A stretch of DNA of 64,000 nucleotides from Thermoanaerobaculia bacterium (GTDB taxonomy: Bacteria; Acidobacteriota; Thermoanaerobaculia; Multivoradales; Multivoraceae). This document shows, one piece after another, positions 9,864-18,841 of the stretch (position 1 is its first letter; every line of letters starts with the position of its first letter). The position numbers and the translations under genes are program-made. The notes beneath the pieces are model-generated. The model did no database searches and was not told where the DNA came from. It saw only the letters and a list, made by a program, of their open reading frames with translations. The stretch lies in assembly GCA_963666565.1 (NCBI GenBank), contig OY762911.1, forward strand, positions 4,064,001-4,128,000, in the 5' to 3' direction.

Positions 9864-10937
9864 ATGAGCTTCCCGATGAGTTTCGACCCTGGCCGCTTCC
9901 CCGTTCCCGTCCGCGACGACATGGCCGCGGCGCTCCGCGAATCCTGGGCCGACGTCGGCCGGCCCGGCGCCTGGTGGACCGGTCCCGAGCGAGTCGCCAT
10001 CGCGGGACTCGCCCGCGCCGAGCGCCTCCAGCGGAACCAGCCGCCGTGGACCCGCGACCGTTCGCGGGCGCCGGCGGCGCCCCTGCCCGAAAAGGCCGTC
10101 GAAGCGGCCCGGAAGATCGGCGCCGACCCGATGCACCTTGACCGCGAGTGGGCCGACGCCGTCATCGCCGAAATCGGCGACGCGCCCTACGTCGAACTCG
10201 CCTCGGTCGTCGTGACGACGGTCGCCGCCGACGCCTTCTGCGAGGCGATGGGGATCGACCCCGAGCCCCTGCCGGCGCCCGAAGCCGGCGAGCCGACCCG
10301 CGAGCGGCCCGACAACCTGAGCGACATCGGGGCCTGGGTGCCGGTCCAGGTCATCGACTGGAAGCGCGCAAACGTGGCGCGCGCGCTCAGCCTGGCGCCA
10401 GAGGGCGTCCGCACGTTCTTCCGCATGGTCGCCGCCATGTACTCGGGCACGGCCACCGACTTCGAGAAGATGGTGTGGGACCACCGGCCGCTCCCGCGGC
10501 CCCAGGTCGAGCTGATCGCGGCCAGGGTCTCGGCCCTCAACGAGTGCTTCTACTGAACCACCGCCCACACCATGCTGCTCCGGGCGAGCAGCAACGCAGC
10601 CGGAACGGAAGTGGACCTGAGCGCGACGGTGGAGGACACTGCTGACAGCGGGGTCGAGAACGGCGCGGCTCTGACGGCCTTCGCGGAAGCGGTCGTCCGG
10701 GCAACGGACGATCTGGATGCGGTCCGCGCGCGGGCGCTCGAGACGCTGGGGCCGGAGAAGTTCGTCGAGGCCGCCGCCACCGTCGGCATCTTCAACGGCC
10801 TGGTCCGCGTCGCCGACTCCACCGGCATCCCCAGCGACACGATGATGCTCGAAGGCACCGCCGACGTCCGCGGCGACCTCGGCATCAACCGCTGGGCCGG
10901 CGCCAAGGCCTCCGGCGTCGCCGAGGCGCGCGCGTAG
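9864..10937 (+). CDS. AhpD/CMD-like alkylhydroperoxidase-related selenoprotein (UGA at 10554-10556 read as Sec), about 357 aa
   Basis: ORFs 9864-10556 and 10572-10937 are in the same frame. The junction reads ELIAARVSALNEC-F-Y-TGA-TTAH, matching AhpD ExxxxxxSxxNxCxxCxxxH; SECIS-like hairpin downstream. Confidence 0.85.
10573..10593 (+). promoter_or_regulatory. candidate bacterial SECIS element
   Basis: TGCTGCTC-CGGGC-GAGCAGCA: perfect 8-bp stem with a G-rich loop, starting 16 nt after the in-frame UGA. Confidence 0.75.
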
Positions 10938-10970
10938 CGTCGGGGACGCAGCACCCGCCGGTTCGCGGCT

Positions 10971-11378
10971 CTACCGGGCGGCTTCGGCGAGCCAGTTCTC
11001 CACGCGCAGACCGTCCACGCGGCCAAACTCCCTCTCGTTGTTCGTCACCAGCGTGGCGTGAGCGCCTCGGGCGTGGGCCGCAATCAGAAGGTCGTTCGCT
11101 CCTATCGTCTGGCCGCGCCGCACAAGCTCCTGGCGGATCTTGCCGTAGCGAACGCCAGCCTCGGCATCGAACGGCAGGATGTCGAGATCGAGACAGAAGG
11201 CCTGAAGCTCCCGCTCATTCTCTTCAACCCGAGCCGAGTGCGCGACGCCGAAGCACAGTTCCGCGTGCGTGATGGCGGAGATGCACACGCTGGAGGCGTT
11301 CTCCTCGAACTTCCGCCTCAGACCCTGATCGCGCTCGTTGATCAGGTAGATGCACATGTCCGTGTCCAGCATGAACAT
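10971..11378 (-). CDS. vapC: VapC PIN-domain toxin
   Basis: MFMLDTDMCIY...SAITHAEL...IGANDLLIAAHA...LVTNNEREF.RVDGL.VENW. Confidence 0.93.
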   Translation of the reverse strand: MFMLDTDMCIYLINERDQGLRRKFEENASSVCISAITHAELCFGVAHSARVEENERELQAFCLDLDILPFDAEAGVRYGKIRQELVRRGQTIGANDLLIAAHARGAHATLVTNNEREFGRVDGLRVENWLAEAAR

Positions 11379-11626
11379 CAGCGGAGATCGTCCCGCTCCT
11401 CAAGAGGCGGCTGGTTGCGCGCGGGAAGGCTCCCTCGGGACCTCGCATCGAAGTACGCGCCCCAGTTCTTCCCGCGCGGAAGCAACGTAAGCCGATCCCC
11501 TTCCTGGATCACCTCCACCTCGGAGGTCGCGAACCGGCACGCCGCCGGCAGCCGTACCGCCTGACTGCGTCCGCTCCAGAACACCTTGGCGACCCCTCTG
11601 TAGTCCGGCTCCTTGTTCATTGGCAC
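11378..11626 (-). CDS. vapB: VapB (AbrB/MazE-fold) antitoxin
   Basis: AKVFWSGRSQAVRLP...EVEVIQEGDRLTLLP; TGATG-coupled to vapC. Confidence 0.92.
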   Translation of the reverse strand: MPMNKEPDYRGVAKVFWSGRSQAVRLPAACRFATSEVEVIQEGDRLTLLPRGKNWGAYFDARSRGSLPARNQPPLEERDDLR

Positions 11627-11657
11627 TCCTCACGTCGATCTCAGAGTTTGCCTCCGG

Positions 11658-11677
11658 GAGATATATCACGAGATATA
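11658..11677. promoter_or_regulatory. putative vapBC operator/promoter
   Basis: GAGATATA-tcac-GAGATATA repeat containing the palindrome GATATATC, upstream of vapB in an otherwise GC-rich region. Confidence 0.45.
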
Positions 11678-11952
11678 CCGTCCGGCTGGCTCGCGGCGCG
11701 GAGAAGCCTCCGACGTCAAGGGGTGCCGGCGCAAAGCTCACCGAAGCGACAACTCCAGGGCTGCTCCCCTGCCCATGACCGCAAACAACCGGAGAACGCC
11801 GGTACCGGCCGACGCCTGGTCGACGGGGGCCAGGAGTTCGAATCCCGTCCGGTCCATGCCGGTGCCGACACGACGCTCCGAGTTGCCGGGGCCATCCCCG
11901 TTCGCGCTCGTGGCTGCCAGAAAAGCGCCGTCGCGATAGAGGACGATCTGGC

Positions 11953-12336
11953 GCGCCGGCGGCGCCCCTGCCCGAAAAGGCCGTCGAAGCGGCCCGGAAG
12001 ATCGGCGCCGACCCGATGCACCTTGACCGCGAGTGGGCCGACGCCGTCATCGCCGAAATCGGCGACGCGCCCTACGTCGAACTCGCCTCGGTCGTCGTGA
12101 CGACGGTCGCCGCCGACGCCTTCTGCGAGGCGATGGGGATCGACCCCGAGCCCCTGCCGGCGCCCGAAGCCGGCGAGCCGACCCGCGAGCGGCCCGACAA
12201 CCTGGGCGAAATCGGGGCCTGGGTGCCGGTCCAGGTCATCGATTGGAAGCGCGCAAACGTGGCGCGCGCGCTCAGCCTGGCGCCGGAGGGCGTCCGCACG
12301 TTCTTCCGCATGGTCGCCGCCATGTACTCGGGCACG
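11953..12336 (+). pseudogene. 384-bp direct duplicate of an internal part (10068-10451) of the selenoprotein gene
   Basis: Near-identical sequence with about 4 substitutions (e.g. LSDI to LGEI); lacks the start and the Sec-containing end. Confidence 0.9.
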
Positions 12337-12519
12337 CCCCTCTCCCGGACCGCTCGGGCTGGTCGTCGCAGGTGGCTGGCGCCGGACGGTTGGCGAGGCT
12401 GCGTGGGCGGAGGGGATCTGGAGGCCGGGGGCGGGTCGGGGGATGGCGACCGGGCAGATCCGGGCTCAGGGGGGTCGGCGACGCCGGGCGGGTGAAGGTG
12501 ACCCTGAGTTTGGCGCGGG

Positions 12520-14124
12520 TCAGGGGCAGGCCACACTGTAGATCCTGGCTTCAGAGAAGGCGGCGAGGGGTTGGAGGAGTGGGTAGGGATGGTGCCTGCC
12601 GGCGCGGGCGTCGGCGATGAAGGGGCCGAGCCAGTCGCTGGGGTCTTCGTCGGAACGGGCGCCGCCGAGTTGGACGGTGGGACGGACGACGAGGAGGAGG
12701 CGGTCGAAGTCGGGGCAGTGGCGGTCGGCGATTCGTTCGAGGGTCGGGTAGGTCAGGATCTCGGTGTAGGGCAGGCCGGCGTAGGAGATGGCGTAGCGGC
12801 CCGGGAAGAGGAAGGGAACGTCCATCGTGCCGCCGCCGATGACCAGATCGCCGGGGCCGGTGTGGTCGCGCAGCCATTGCTGGCGCTCGCTTCGGAACTC
12901 CATGGCGCGCGCGTCGCGGCCGGAGGACCGGAGGGCGGACTCGCGGACGAATGCGGCACCGAAGCAGATGATGAAGATGGCGAACGGCAGCCAGGCGAGT
13001 CGGCGCGCCCGCGGCAGGGCCCCGGCGACCAGGGCACCGAACAGCGGGATGAGGGGAACAGTGGCGGGAAGGGCAAGACGCGCGCCGATGGGATCGAGGT
13101 TGGCCTGGGCGCCGCGCCAGACGAGGGCCGTGAGATAGAGGACGGCCCAGGCGCCGATCAGCAGCGGCAGAGGACCCGATAGCCGGGAAAGCGATCCGTT
13201 GCGCGCGGCGAGCGCCACCAGGAGCGACAGTGCGGCGAGCAGGATGGCGGCGTCAGGCCAGTTCCCCACCGTGGTCGAGCGCCAGGCGCCAAGGAGCGCG
13301 GTGACGGCGAGACTCAGGTTCTCGCCGAGCGATCGCACCGCCGGCATCGCCGCCGGCAGCAGGCGGCCTTCGACCGCCAGGTTGCGGACCAGGATGGCGG
13401 CGATGGGGGCCAGAGCGCCGGCGGTGAGGGCGGCGGAGGCCGACCACCTCGCCACGCCGCGGCCTCGACTCGAATGCGGCTCGGAAGACCCTCTCCCGCT
13501 GGCGCGGCCGCCCCACCACAGCGCCGCGACGCCCAGGAGCGGCAGCGGCCACAGCGCGTAGCGGACACAGATGGCCGCGCCTGCGAGCAAGCCGAGAGCG
13601 AGGGCTCGCCGGAGTTCGAGTAGCCGATCGAGCAGCAGGAAGAACAGGAGCACCACGGCGACGGCGAGGCACTCGCTCAGAGCCGCTTGACCCAGATCGG
13701 TCAGCGGAACGAAGACGAGGGCGGCGCCGAGTCCGATCGCTCCGGCAGCGGAACCTCCGATCCGTTGCCCGAGAAGGTAGACCAGCAGCAGAATCGCGGC
13801 GTAGGCCAGCGCGGAAACGACGAGCGCCGCGTCGACGGCTTCGATCCCCAACTTCGAGAGAAGCGCAATGGCGAGCGGATATCCGGGTGGCTGAGCCGTG
13901 AAGGCCGACGGCAGGTCGAGGTCGCCGAACAGGTAGAACGGCTGGTTGAAGCCGCCGGTCGACTGCGTCAGCCCGTCGCCGGCTACCACCTGTCGCGCGA
14001 CGTCGACGTAGTTCATCGAGTCCGCCGTGAACGCGCGGACGCGGATCAGCGAGTTCGCGGCGAACAACGCGACGTAGGCGAGGCCAAGCGCCGCCAGGGC
14101 GGCGCCGACCTTCGGCCCGCGCAT
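12520..14124 (-). CDS. polytopic membrane protein, GT-C (ArnT/PMT-like) glycosyltransferase
   Basis: MRGPKVG..., DSMNYVDVARQVVAGDGL, QPPGYPL, LSE.L, many TM helices, C-terminal soluble domain; GGAG SD. Confidence 0.75.
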   Translation of the reverse strand: MRGPKVGAALAALGLAYVALFAANSLIRVRAFTADSMNYVDVARQVVAGDGLTQSTGGFNQPFYLFGDLDLPSAFTAQPPGYPLAIALLSKLGIEAVDAALVVSALAYAAILLLVYLLGQRIGGSAAGAIGLGAALVFVPLTDLGQAALSECLAVAVVLLFFLLLDRLLELRRALALGLLAGAAICVRYALWPLPLLGVAALWWGGRASGRGSSEPHSSRGRGVARWSASAALTAGALAPIAAILVRNLAVEGRLLPAAMPAVRSLGENLSLAVTALLGAWRSTTVGNWPDAAILLAALSLLVALAARNGSLSRLSGPLPLLIGAWAVLYLTALVWRGAQANLDPIGARLALPATVPLIPLFGALVAGALPRARRLAWLPFAIFIICFGAAFVRESALRSSGRDARAMEFRSERQQWLRDHTGPGDLVIGGGTMDVPFLFPGRYAISYAGLPYTEILTYPTLERIADRHCPDFDRLLLVVRPTVQLGGARSDEDPSDWLGPFIADARAGRHHPYPLLQPLAAFSEARIYSVACP

Positions 14125-14146
14125 CTCCTGGCCGCCTCCGGCGGCA

Positions 14147-14172
14147 GCGGGTCGGAAGACCCGCGCACCCAG
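14147..14172 (+). repeat. REP-like hairpin copy
   Basis: GCGGGTCGGAAGACCCGCGCACCCAG between the radical SAM and GT-C genes. Confidence 0.85.
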
Positions 14173-14192
14173 TGGACTCCCGGGCCGGGCTC

Positions 14193-15746
14193 TCACCCAG
14201 CCGCGAACTCGGGAACCGGCAGATCCTTGAGATGCCGGTGGCACATCTCGCAGCTCGACACGCCCTTCGACGCCGCCGCGGGATCGAGCTCCTCGTCCAC
14301 CCATCGCAGGAAGGTCCGGTAGTTCTCGAACACGGTCCCGGAGTCCGTGCCGACGGCGCCGAGGTCGAAGTGGGGCGAGTCGATCTCCGCCGCGAACGGG
14401 CAGGCGTGGAACCGCCCCTTCGTCGTCAGCACCGGGAAGCAGCGGACGCAGCGGTCGCCCATGCCGTGGTACTCCGACTCGCGGTCGCGGTCGAAGTCCT
14501 GCTCCGCTCCCCCGCCGGCGTGGAACAGCACCTTGTAGCCCTGGAAGACGCGGTTCGGGTTCGCGCGCGCCCAGTCCTCCAGGCGCTCGCGCGCGTAGCG
14601 AGGCATCGGCTCGGCGTCCCTGCCGTGGTAGATCGAGTAGTTCAGCACCGCCTCGCTCTTCGGGTCCGACTCCAGGATCGCGATCAGCTTCTCCGCCTGG
14701 ATGCCGTTCGAGAACACGGTGATGAGCCCCGTGAAGCCCCGCTCGCGGAGGTAGCGCATCGCGTCGACGATTTCCGCCGCGTGAAGGGTCGGCTCGCCGC
14801 CGTAAAACTTCAGGTTGCCGTCGGCGGCCAGGGTCTCCAGCGCCTGGTCCAGCACCTCGGGCGCGTAGGCCCGGTACCAGCCCTCCGGCGATCCGTCGAT
14901 CGTGCACCAGGAGCAGGCCCGGTTGCAGAAGTTGCCCTCGTAGAGATGGAGTTCGCGGAGCTCGCCGTCGGCCGCCGAGAAGTGCTCCACGGGTTCGTGG
15001 AAGGTGATCGGGCCGATGTTCGGGTCCCGGTGCGTGTCGTTGAGACCCCAGTCGTACGTGTTGTAGACGATCTCGTAGCCGGCGACCCGCTCCGGGTCGA
15101 GGCCCGCGTGCTCGGCCACGAAACGGAGTACGCCGCGGCGGTACTCCTCGCGCGTTCCCGCTCCGCCGGCGCCGCCGGCGAAGTCCTCCGCGTACATGCG
15201 GAAGATGCGCGAGACGAAGATCCTGCGCGCCTCGTGGTCCACCCGGCAGTTCCAGCGGTTCGCCAGGAACGCCTCGGTCGCCCGGCGCAGCGTGTCGCGC
15301 AGGCCGTCGCCCCGATAGGCCGAAGGGCGCACCGCCGGGCAACCGTTCGCTCCGCAGTTGATCGCGAAGTGGATGCGCGGTTCGGCGTACTCCGAGCGCA
15401 GGATCCGGTGCTCTATGTCGTCCAGGCTGACCGTCGAACCCCCGGCCACGTGCCGCCGCCGCTGGAAGAACCGGCCGTCGCGCGTCTTCCACACCGAACG
15501 GATCGGGTACTCCTCGGCGATCGCGTGCAGGGTGAACGCGTTGTAGGCGTTGATCCAGTAGGCGAGCCCGTCCTCCTCGCTCGCGAACAGGTCCGGCCGG
15601 CTGTCCGGCGACGCTTCGCCGAGTTCCCTTACGACGTCGTCAAGCAGCGACCGGCGCGCCGCGAGGCGCTCGTAGTCGACCTTGCCGTCCTCGGCGACGA
15701 CGGCAGACAGGAGGCGATCCCATGCGTCGTAGGAGAAGGTATCCAT
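14193..15746 (-). CDS. DUF547-radical SAM fusion protein
   Basis: N-terminal VDY..L, LAYWINAYNAFTL, SLDDIEH.ILR, RIHFAINCG...CP, YDWGLND (DUF547). C-terminal CNRACSWC, YGGEPTL, FSNG and extra Cys (CVRC, ACPF, CEMC). Confidence 0.85.
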   Translation of the reverse strand: MDTFSYDAWDRLLSAVVAEDGKVDYERLAARRSLLDDVVRELGEASPDSRPDLFASEEDGLAYWINAYNAFTLHAIAEEYPIRSVWKTRDGRFFQRRRHVAGGSTVSLDDIEHRILRSEYAEPRIHFAINCGANGCPAVRPSAYRGDGLRDTLRRATEAFLANRWNCRVDHEARRIFVSRIFRMYAEDFAGGAGGAGTREEYRRGVLRFVAEHAGLDPERVAGYEIVYNTYDWGLNDTHRDPNIGPITFHEPVEHFSAADGELRELHLYEGNFCNRACSWCTIDGSPEGWYRAYAPEVLDQALETLAADGNLKFYGGEPTLHAAEIVDAMRYLRERGFTGLITVFSNGIQAEKLIAILESDPKSEAVLNYSIYHGRDAEPMPRYARERLEDWARANPNRVFQGYKVLFHAGGGAEQDFDRDRESEYHGMGDRCVRCFPVLTTKGRFHACPFAAEIDSPHFDLGAVGTDSGTVFENYRTFLRWVDEELDPAAASKGVSSCEMCHRHLKDLPVPEFAAG

Positions 15747-15760
15747 CGCGTGAATCCTAG

Positions 15761-17508
15761 CCCGCATGTTTCACCGATGCGGCGTTCGCGTCGGGTTTTG
15801 AGCTGAGGAAGGCGTTTTGGCGTTGGCCGGAGGCTCTCGCTGGGCTTGGGCGTCGCAGGCGGGTTCGAGTCGGCGTACGGAAGCGTCGCAGGCGGCTGCG
15901 GCGGCGCGGCTGGGCGATCTTCGGACGCACTTCGGCCGGGTGTCGATGCAAGGCGTGTTGTTGTGGGGTCCGATTCCGAGTCGGGTTTCAGGCCGGCGGG
16001 TGGTAGAGGGGTTTTCGTTGGAGGTTTGCCAAGGCCTGGGCGAAGTCGTTCTGCCAGGGGAAGGCGTCGGACAGGTGGATCCAGATGCGGCGGTGGGTGA
16101 TGCGCACTCTGGCGGCGACCTTGAGCAGGTGGAGGCGCAGAGTGCCGCACTGGAGGCGGGCCTTGCCGGTATCCGCGAGAGCGAGCCGTCGCACGGCGGC
16201 GAGCAGGACGTAGGCGAAGGAGGAGAAGTAGAGGCGCAGTTGATTGGCGGCCATGGTGGCGCTCGAGGTGCGGTCGGCGAAGAGGTCGAGTTGCTGCTCC
16301 TTGATGCGGTTTTCCATGTCTCCGCGGGCGCAGTAGAGCTGCTCGTAGAGCGGCTGCTTGCCGGCGCGGCTCCTCCGCAGACTGGACACGACGAAGCGGG
16401 GATTCGCGCCCTTCGCGAGCCACTCCGCCTTGCCCACCACTCGCCTCTTGCGAGACCACGAAGTGTCGGTCCGGTAGCGGAACTCACGGAACCGGCGCGA
16501 CGCCTTGCCGGTCGCATGGAAGCGCCGCCGCGACTTCTGAAGCGGTCGCCCAATCCGCCTCACAAGACGGCGATTCCTTGCCACGCCGAACACGAAGCCG
16601 ATCCCCTGCCTCTCGCACCAGGCCATGATCCGCTCCCGGCAGAAGCCCGAGTCGCCGCGCAGGACGATTCGCACCTCCGGCCAAGCCTCCCGAATCCGGG
16701 CGACGATCGGCGTCAACTCCCGGATCGTGCCCGCGCTGCCATCCTGATTCGACCGCCGCAGCCGCGCCAGCAGCAGGTGCTCGCCACAGAACGCGTACAG
16801 AGGCATGTAGCAGTACGTACCGTAGTAGCCGTGGAAGAACCGGCCCTCCTGAGCCCCGTGCAAAGGATCGTCGGTCGCATCGAGGTCCAGCACGATCTCC
16901 GCGGGCGCCTCCTCGTGAGCCTCCAGAAACAGGTCCACCAACAGACGATCCAACGCCTTCGTGTCTGCCGGGATCCGCTTGTAGCGGTCGCCCGCCGCCT
17001 TGCCCGGACGAGACAACTCCAGCCGATTCAACGCCGATGCGCTCGCCAGCGGACGACCCTTGTCCCGCGTCCGACGACGATCCGCGCCCGTGATGTCCGA
17101 CTTGCCCACCAGCAACGCCATGAACGCGTCCCGGCGAAGCTGGTTGTGGTCATTCAGGTCCTCGTAGCCCAGAGCCAGACCGTAGACCCGCTGAGCCACC
17201 AGATCACGCACCGTGTGCTCGACCGCCGAGGGATTCCGGTAGTCCCGAAAACACGACGCCATCCGCTCCAGAAGACCGAGGCGAGCCTCCGTCTCCCGAA
17301 GCAGCACGCCGCCGCCCTCAGACGTCAACTGGCCGCCGTCGAAACGAACCGTCACCCGACGGCGACCGTGGCGACCAAACTCAAGCTGCGACGGAGTACA
17401 CTCTGTGATCACGGGCCTCGCTCCTGCGGATCCTCCAAATGTCTGATACCACTTGGATTATCTGCCGGAAGAGGCCCGATCTCAAATCACCCCCGTGAGA
17501 TATGCGGG
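15761..17508 (-). mobile_element. IS1380-family insertion sequence, intact
   Basis: Terminal IRs CCCGCATGTTTCAC / GTGAGATATGCGGG (12/14 match), flanked by a CTAG duplication at 15757-15760 and 17509-17512. Confidence 0.92.
15988..17412 (-). CDS. IS1380-family DDE transposase
   Basis: FDGGQLTSEGG, GYEDLNDH, LDLDATDDPLHGAQEG, LRGDSGF, YCARGDMENRIKEQQ. Confidence 0.95.
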   Translation of the reverse strand: MITECTPSQLEFGRHGRRRVTVRFDGGQLTSEGGGVLLRETEARLGLLERMASCFRDYRNPSAVEHTVRDLVAQRVYGLALGYEDLNDHNQLRRDAFMALLVGKSDITGADRRRTRDKGRPLASASALNRLELSRPGKAAGDRYKRIPADTKALDRLLVDLFLEAHEEAPAEIVLDLDATDDPLHGAQEGRFFHGYYGTYCYMPLYAFCGEHLLLARLRRSNQDGSAGTIRELTPIVARIREAWPEVRIVLRGDSGFCRERIMAWCERQGIGFVFGVARNRRLVRRIGRPLQKSRRRFHATGKASRRFREFRYRTDTSWSRKRRVVGKAEWLAKGANPRFVVSSLRRSRAGKQPLYEQLYCARGDMENRIKEQQLDLFADRTSSATMAANQLRLYFSSFAYVLLAAVRRLALADTGKARLQCGTLRLHLLKVAARVRITHRRIWIHLSDAFPWQNDFAQALANLQRKPLYHPPA

Positions 17509-17705
17509 CTAGCCCGCGCGTCTCGCCGAAGTCCGTGGCGAGCGCGCGGAGCGCGGCCCTCGGACCGATTCGGCGACGCAGGCGTAGCCGACACTTGCGT
17601 CGAGACGACGCGATGGAGAAGGTCCCGCTGAAGCGAGTGGATCCGCGGGCTCGCCCTACCTGTCCGGGCCAGGTCGGCGGACCGCCGCGCCGGCCGGCGC
17701 CTGCC

Positions 17706-18797
17706 TCAGCCGTCGAGGCACTCGAACGCCTCCTGGTCGCGCGAGGGCAAGGACTGGCCCGGCAGGTTCTCCCAGAGCCCGGTCCGCCCGTCGGGCGCCG
17801 TTACCTCGACCTGGTAGCCGAGATCCGTGGCGCCCGACGCGTAGAGCCACCAGTGACCGTTCAGCGAGCAACCGTCCAGGACCTTGACCAGTACCTCCGG
17901 ATTCGTCCGGTCGAAGAACCAGAACACGCCCGAGGAACCGTCCAGCTTCTCTCCGCTCGCCACGCCCTCGGCGTCCGCATGCCACCAGCACATGCTCACC
18001 GCGTATCCGTTGCGAAGGGTCACCGCCGCACCGTGCGAACAACTCGGCGCCTCCTGCTTCTCGACGGACCGAACGGCGTGAAGCTCGGCCGGCGCGAGCG
18101 CCTTCTCCACGACGTCCCGGCCGCAGCCGCCCGCGACGCAGGAATGGCCCAGGAGAAAATCGAGGCTCAGCTCGTGGGCGATCGTCTCCGCCTCGGCCTC
18201 CGGCACGAAGTATTCCGCCGGCCTCTCCAGGCCCGCCGCGCGATCCGCTATCCAGCGTCGAAACGACGCTCCGTCCCGCAAGGGACGTTCCGGCGCGCCA
18301 GGCCCGGCTGGCCCCGGAAACGGATTCCGCGACCGGGTCAGCACCGTCAGGCCGCCGACCCGAGCTTCCAGGAAGACGCCCACGCCCAAGTCGACCGCAC
18401 GCCAGACGCGCCCCTCCGGACGGAGGAAGAGCAGGGCGCGGTCTCCCTCCTCGAGCATCGCCGGTAAGGCCACCGTTCCCGCAGCGCCGTCGGGGGAAGG
18501 GCCGACCGGCAGCCGGACGATCAACGAACTGGCGGGCACGAAACCCTTCAGCACTTCTTCCACCCAGTACTCCGCGTCCGTCGTCGGCGCGCCGTTCACC
18601 ATCGGCCCCGGCCCGATGGCCGCAACTTCTCCGTAGACGATGACGAGCGACCGGTCCGCCAGATCCTCGTCGGCCGGCGGAACCTGGATGGCGGGGCCCG
18701 CCGTCGCCGGCGCCACGCCGCCGAACGCCGCGAGGAGACCCGAGAAGAACAGCGTTCGGCCAACGGTCGCCCTGCGAGCGTGAGTCTGGAAGCTCAT
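17706..18797 (-). CDS. secreted protein with C-terminal 'FWFF..N.EVLVKVLDGC' domain
   Basis: Signal peptide, N-terminal domain L..RSLVIVYGEV...VEEVLKG...GDRALLFL, C-terminal FWFFDRTNPEVLVKVLDGCSLNGHWW. Confidence 0.75.
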   Translation of the reverse strand: MSFQTHARRATVGRTLFFSGLLAAFGGVAPATAGPAIQVPPADEDLADRSLVIVYGEVAAIGPGPMVNGAPTTDAEYWVEEVLKGFVPASSLIVRLPVGPSPDGAAGTVALPAMLEEGDRALLFLRPEGRVWRAVDLGVGVFLEARVGGLTVLTRSRNPFPGPAGPGAPERPLRDGASFRRWIADRAAGLERPAEYFVPEAEAETIAHELSLDFLLGHSCVAGGCGRDVVEKALAPAELHAVRSVEKQEAPSCSHGAAVTLRNGYAVSMCWWHADAEGVASGEKLDGSSGVFWFFDRTNPEVLVKVLDGCSLNGHWWLYASGATDLGYQVEVTAPDGRTGLWENLPGQSLPSRDQEAFECLDG

Positions 18798-18841
18798 TTC
18801 GTCCATCCCCTTCCGGTTGCGGCCCCCTGTTCCTCCCCGCG

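Noticed and set aside
10572-10937. Independent 121-aa gene
   Set aside because: It has no SD, is in frame with the upstream ORF and completes the AhpD motif, so it is better explained as the post-Sec part of one gene.
11825-11856. tRNA/tmRNA 3' end or att site (GGAGTTCGAATCCCGTCCGGTCCA)
   Set aside because: It has a T-loop-like motif, but the T-stem pairs poorly, no cloverleaf can be built and no integrase is nearby. At most a degenerate remnant.
12520-15492. 990-aa ORF as one protein
   Set aside because: The upstream part is an alternative frame of the DUF547-rSAM gene and crosses a REP. The real membrane protein starts at 14124 with an SD.
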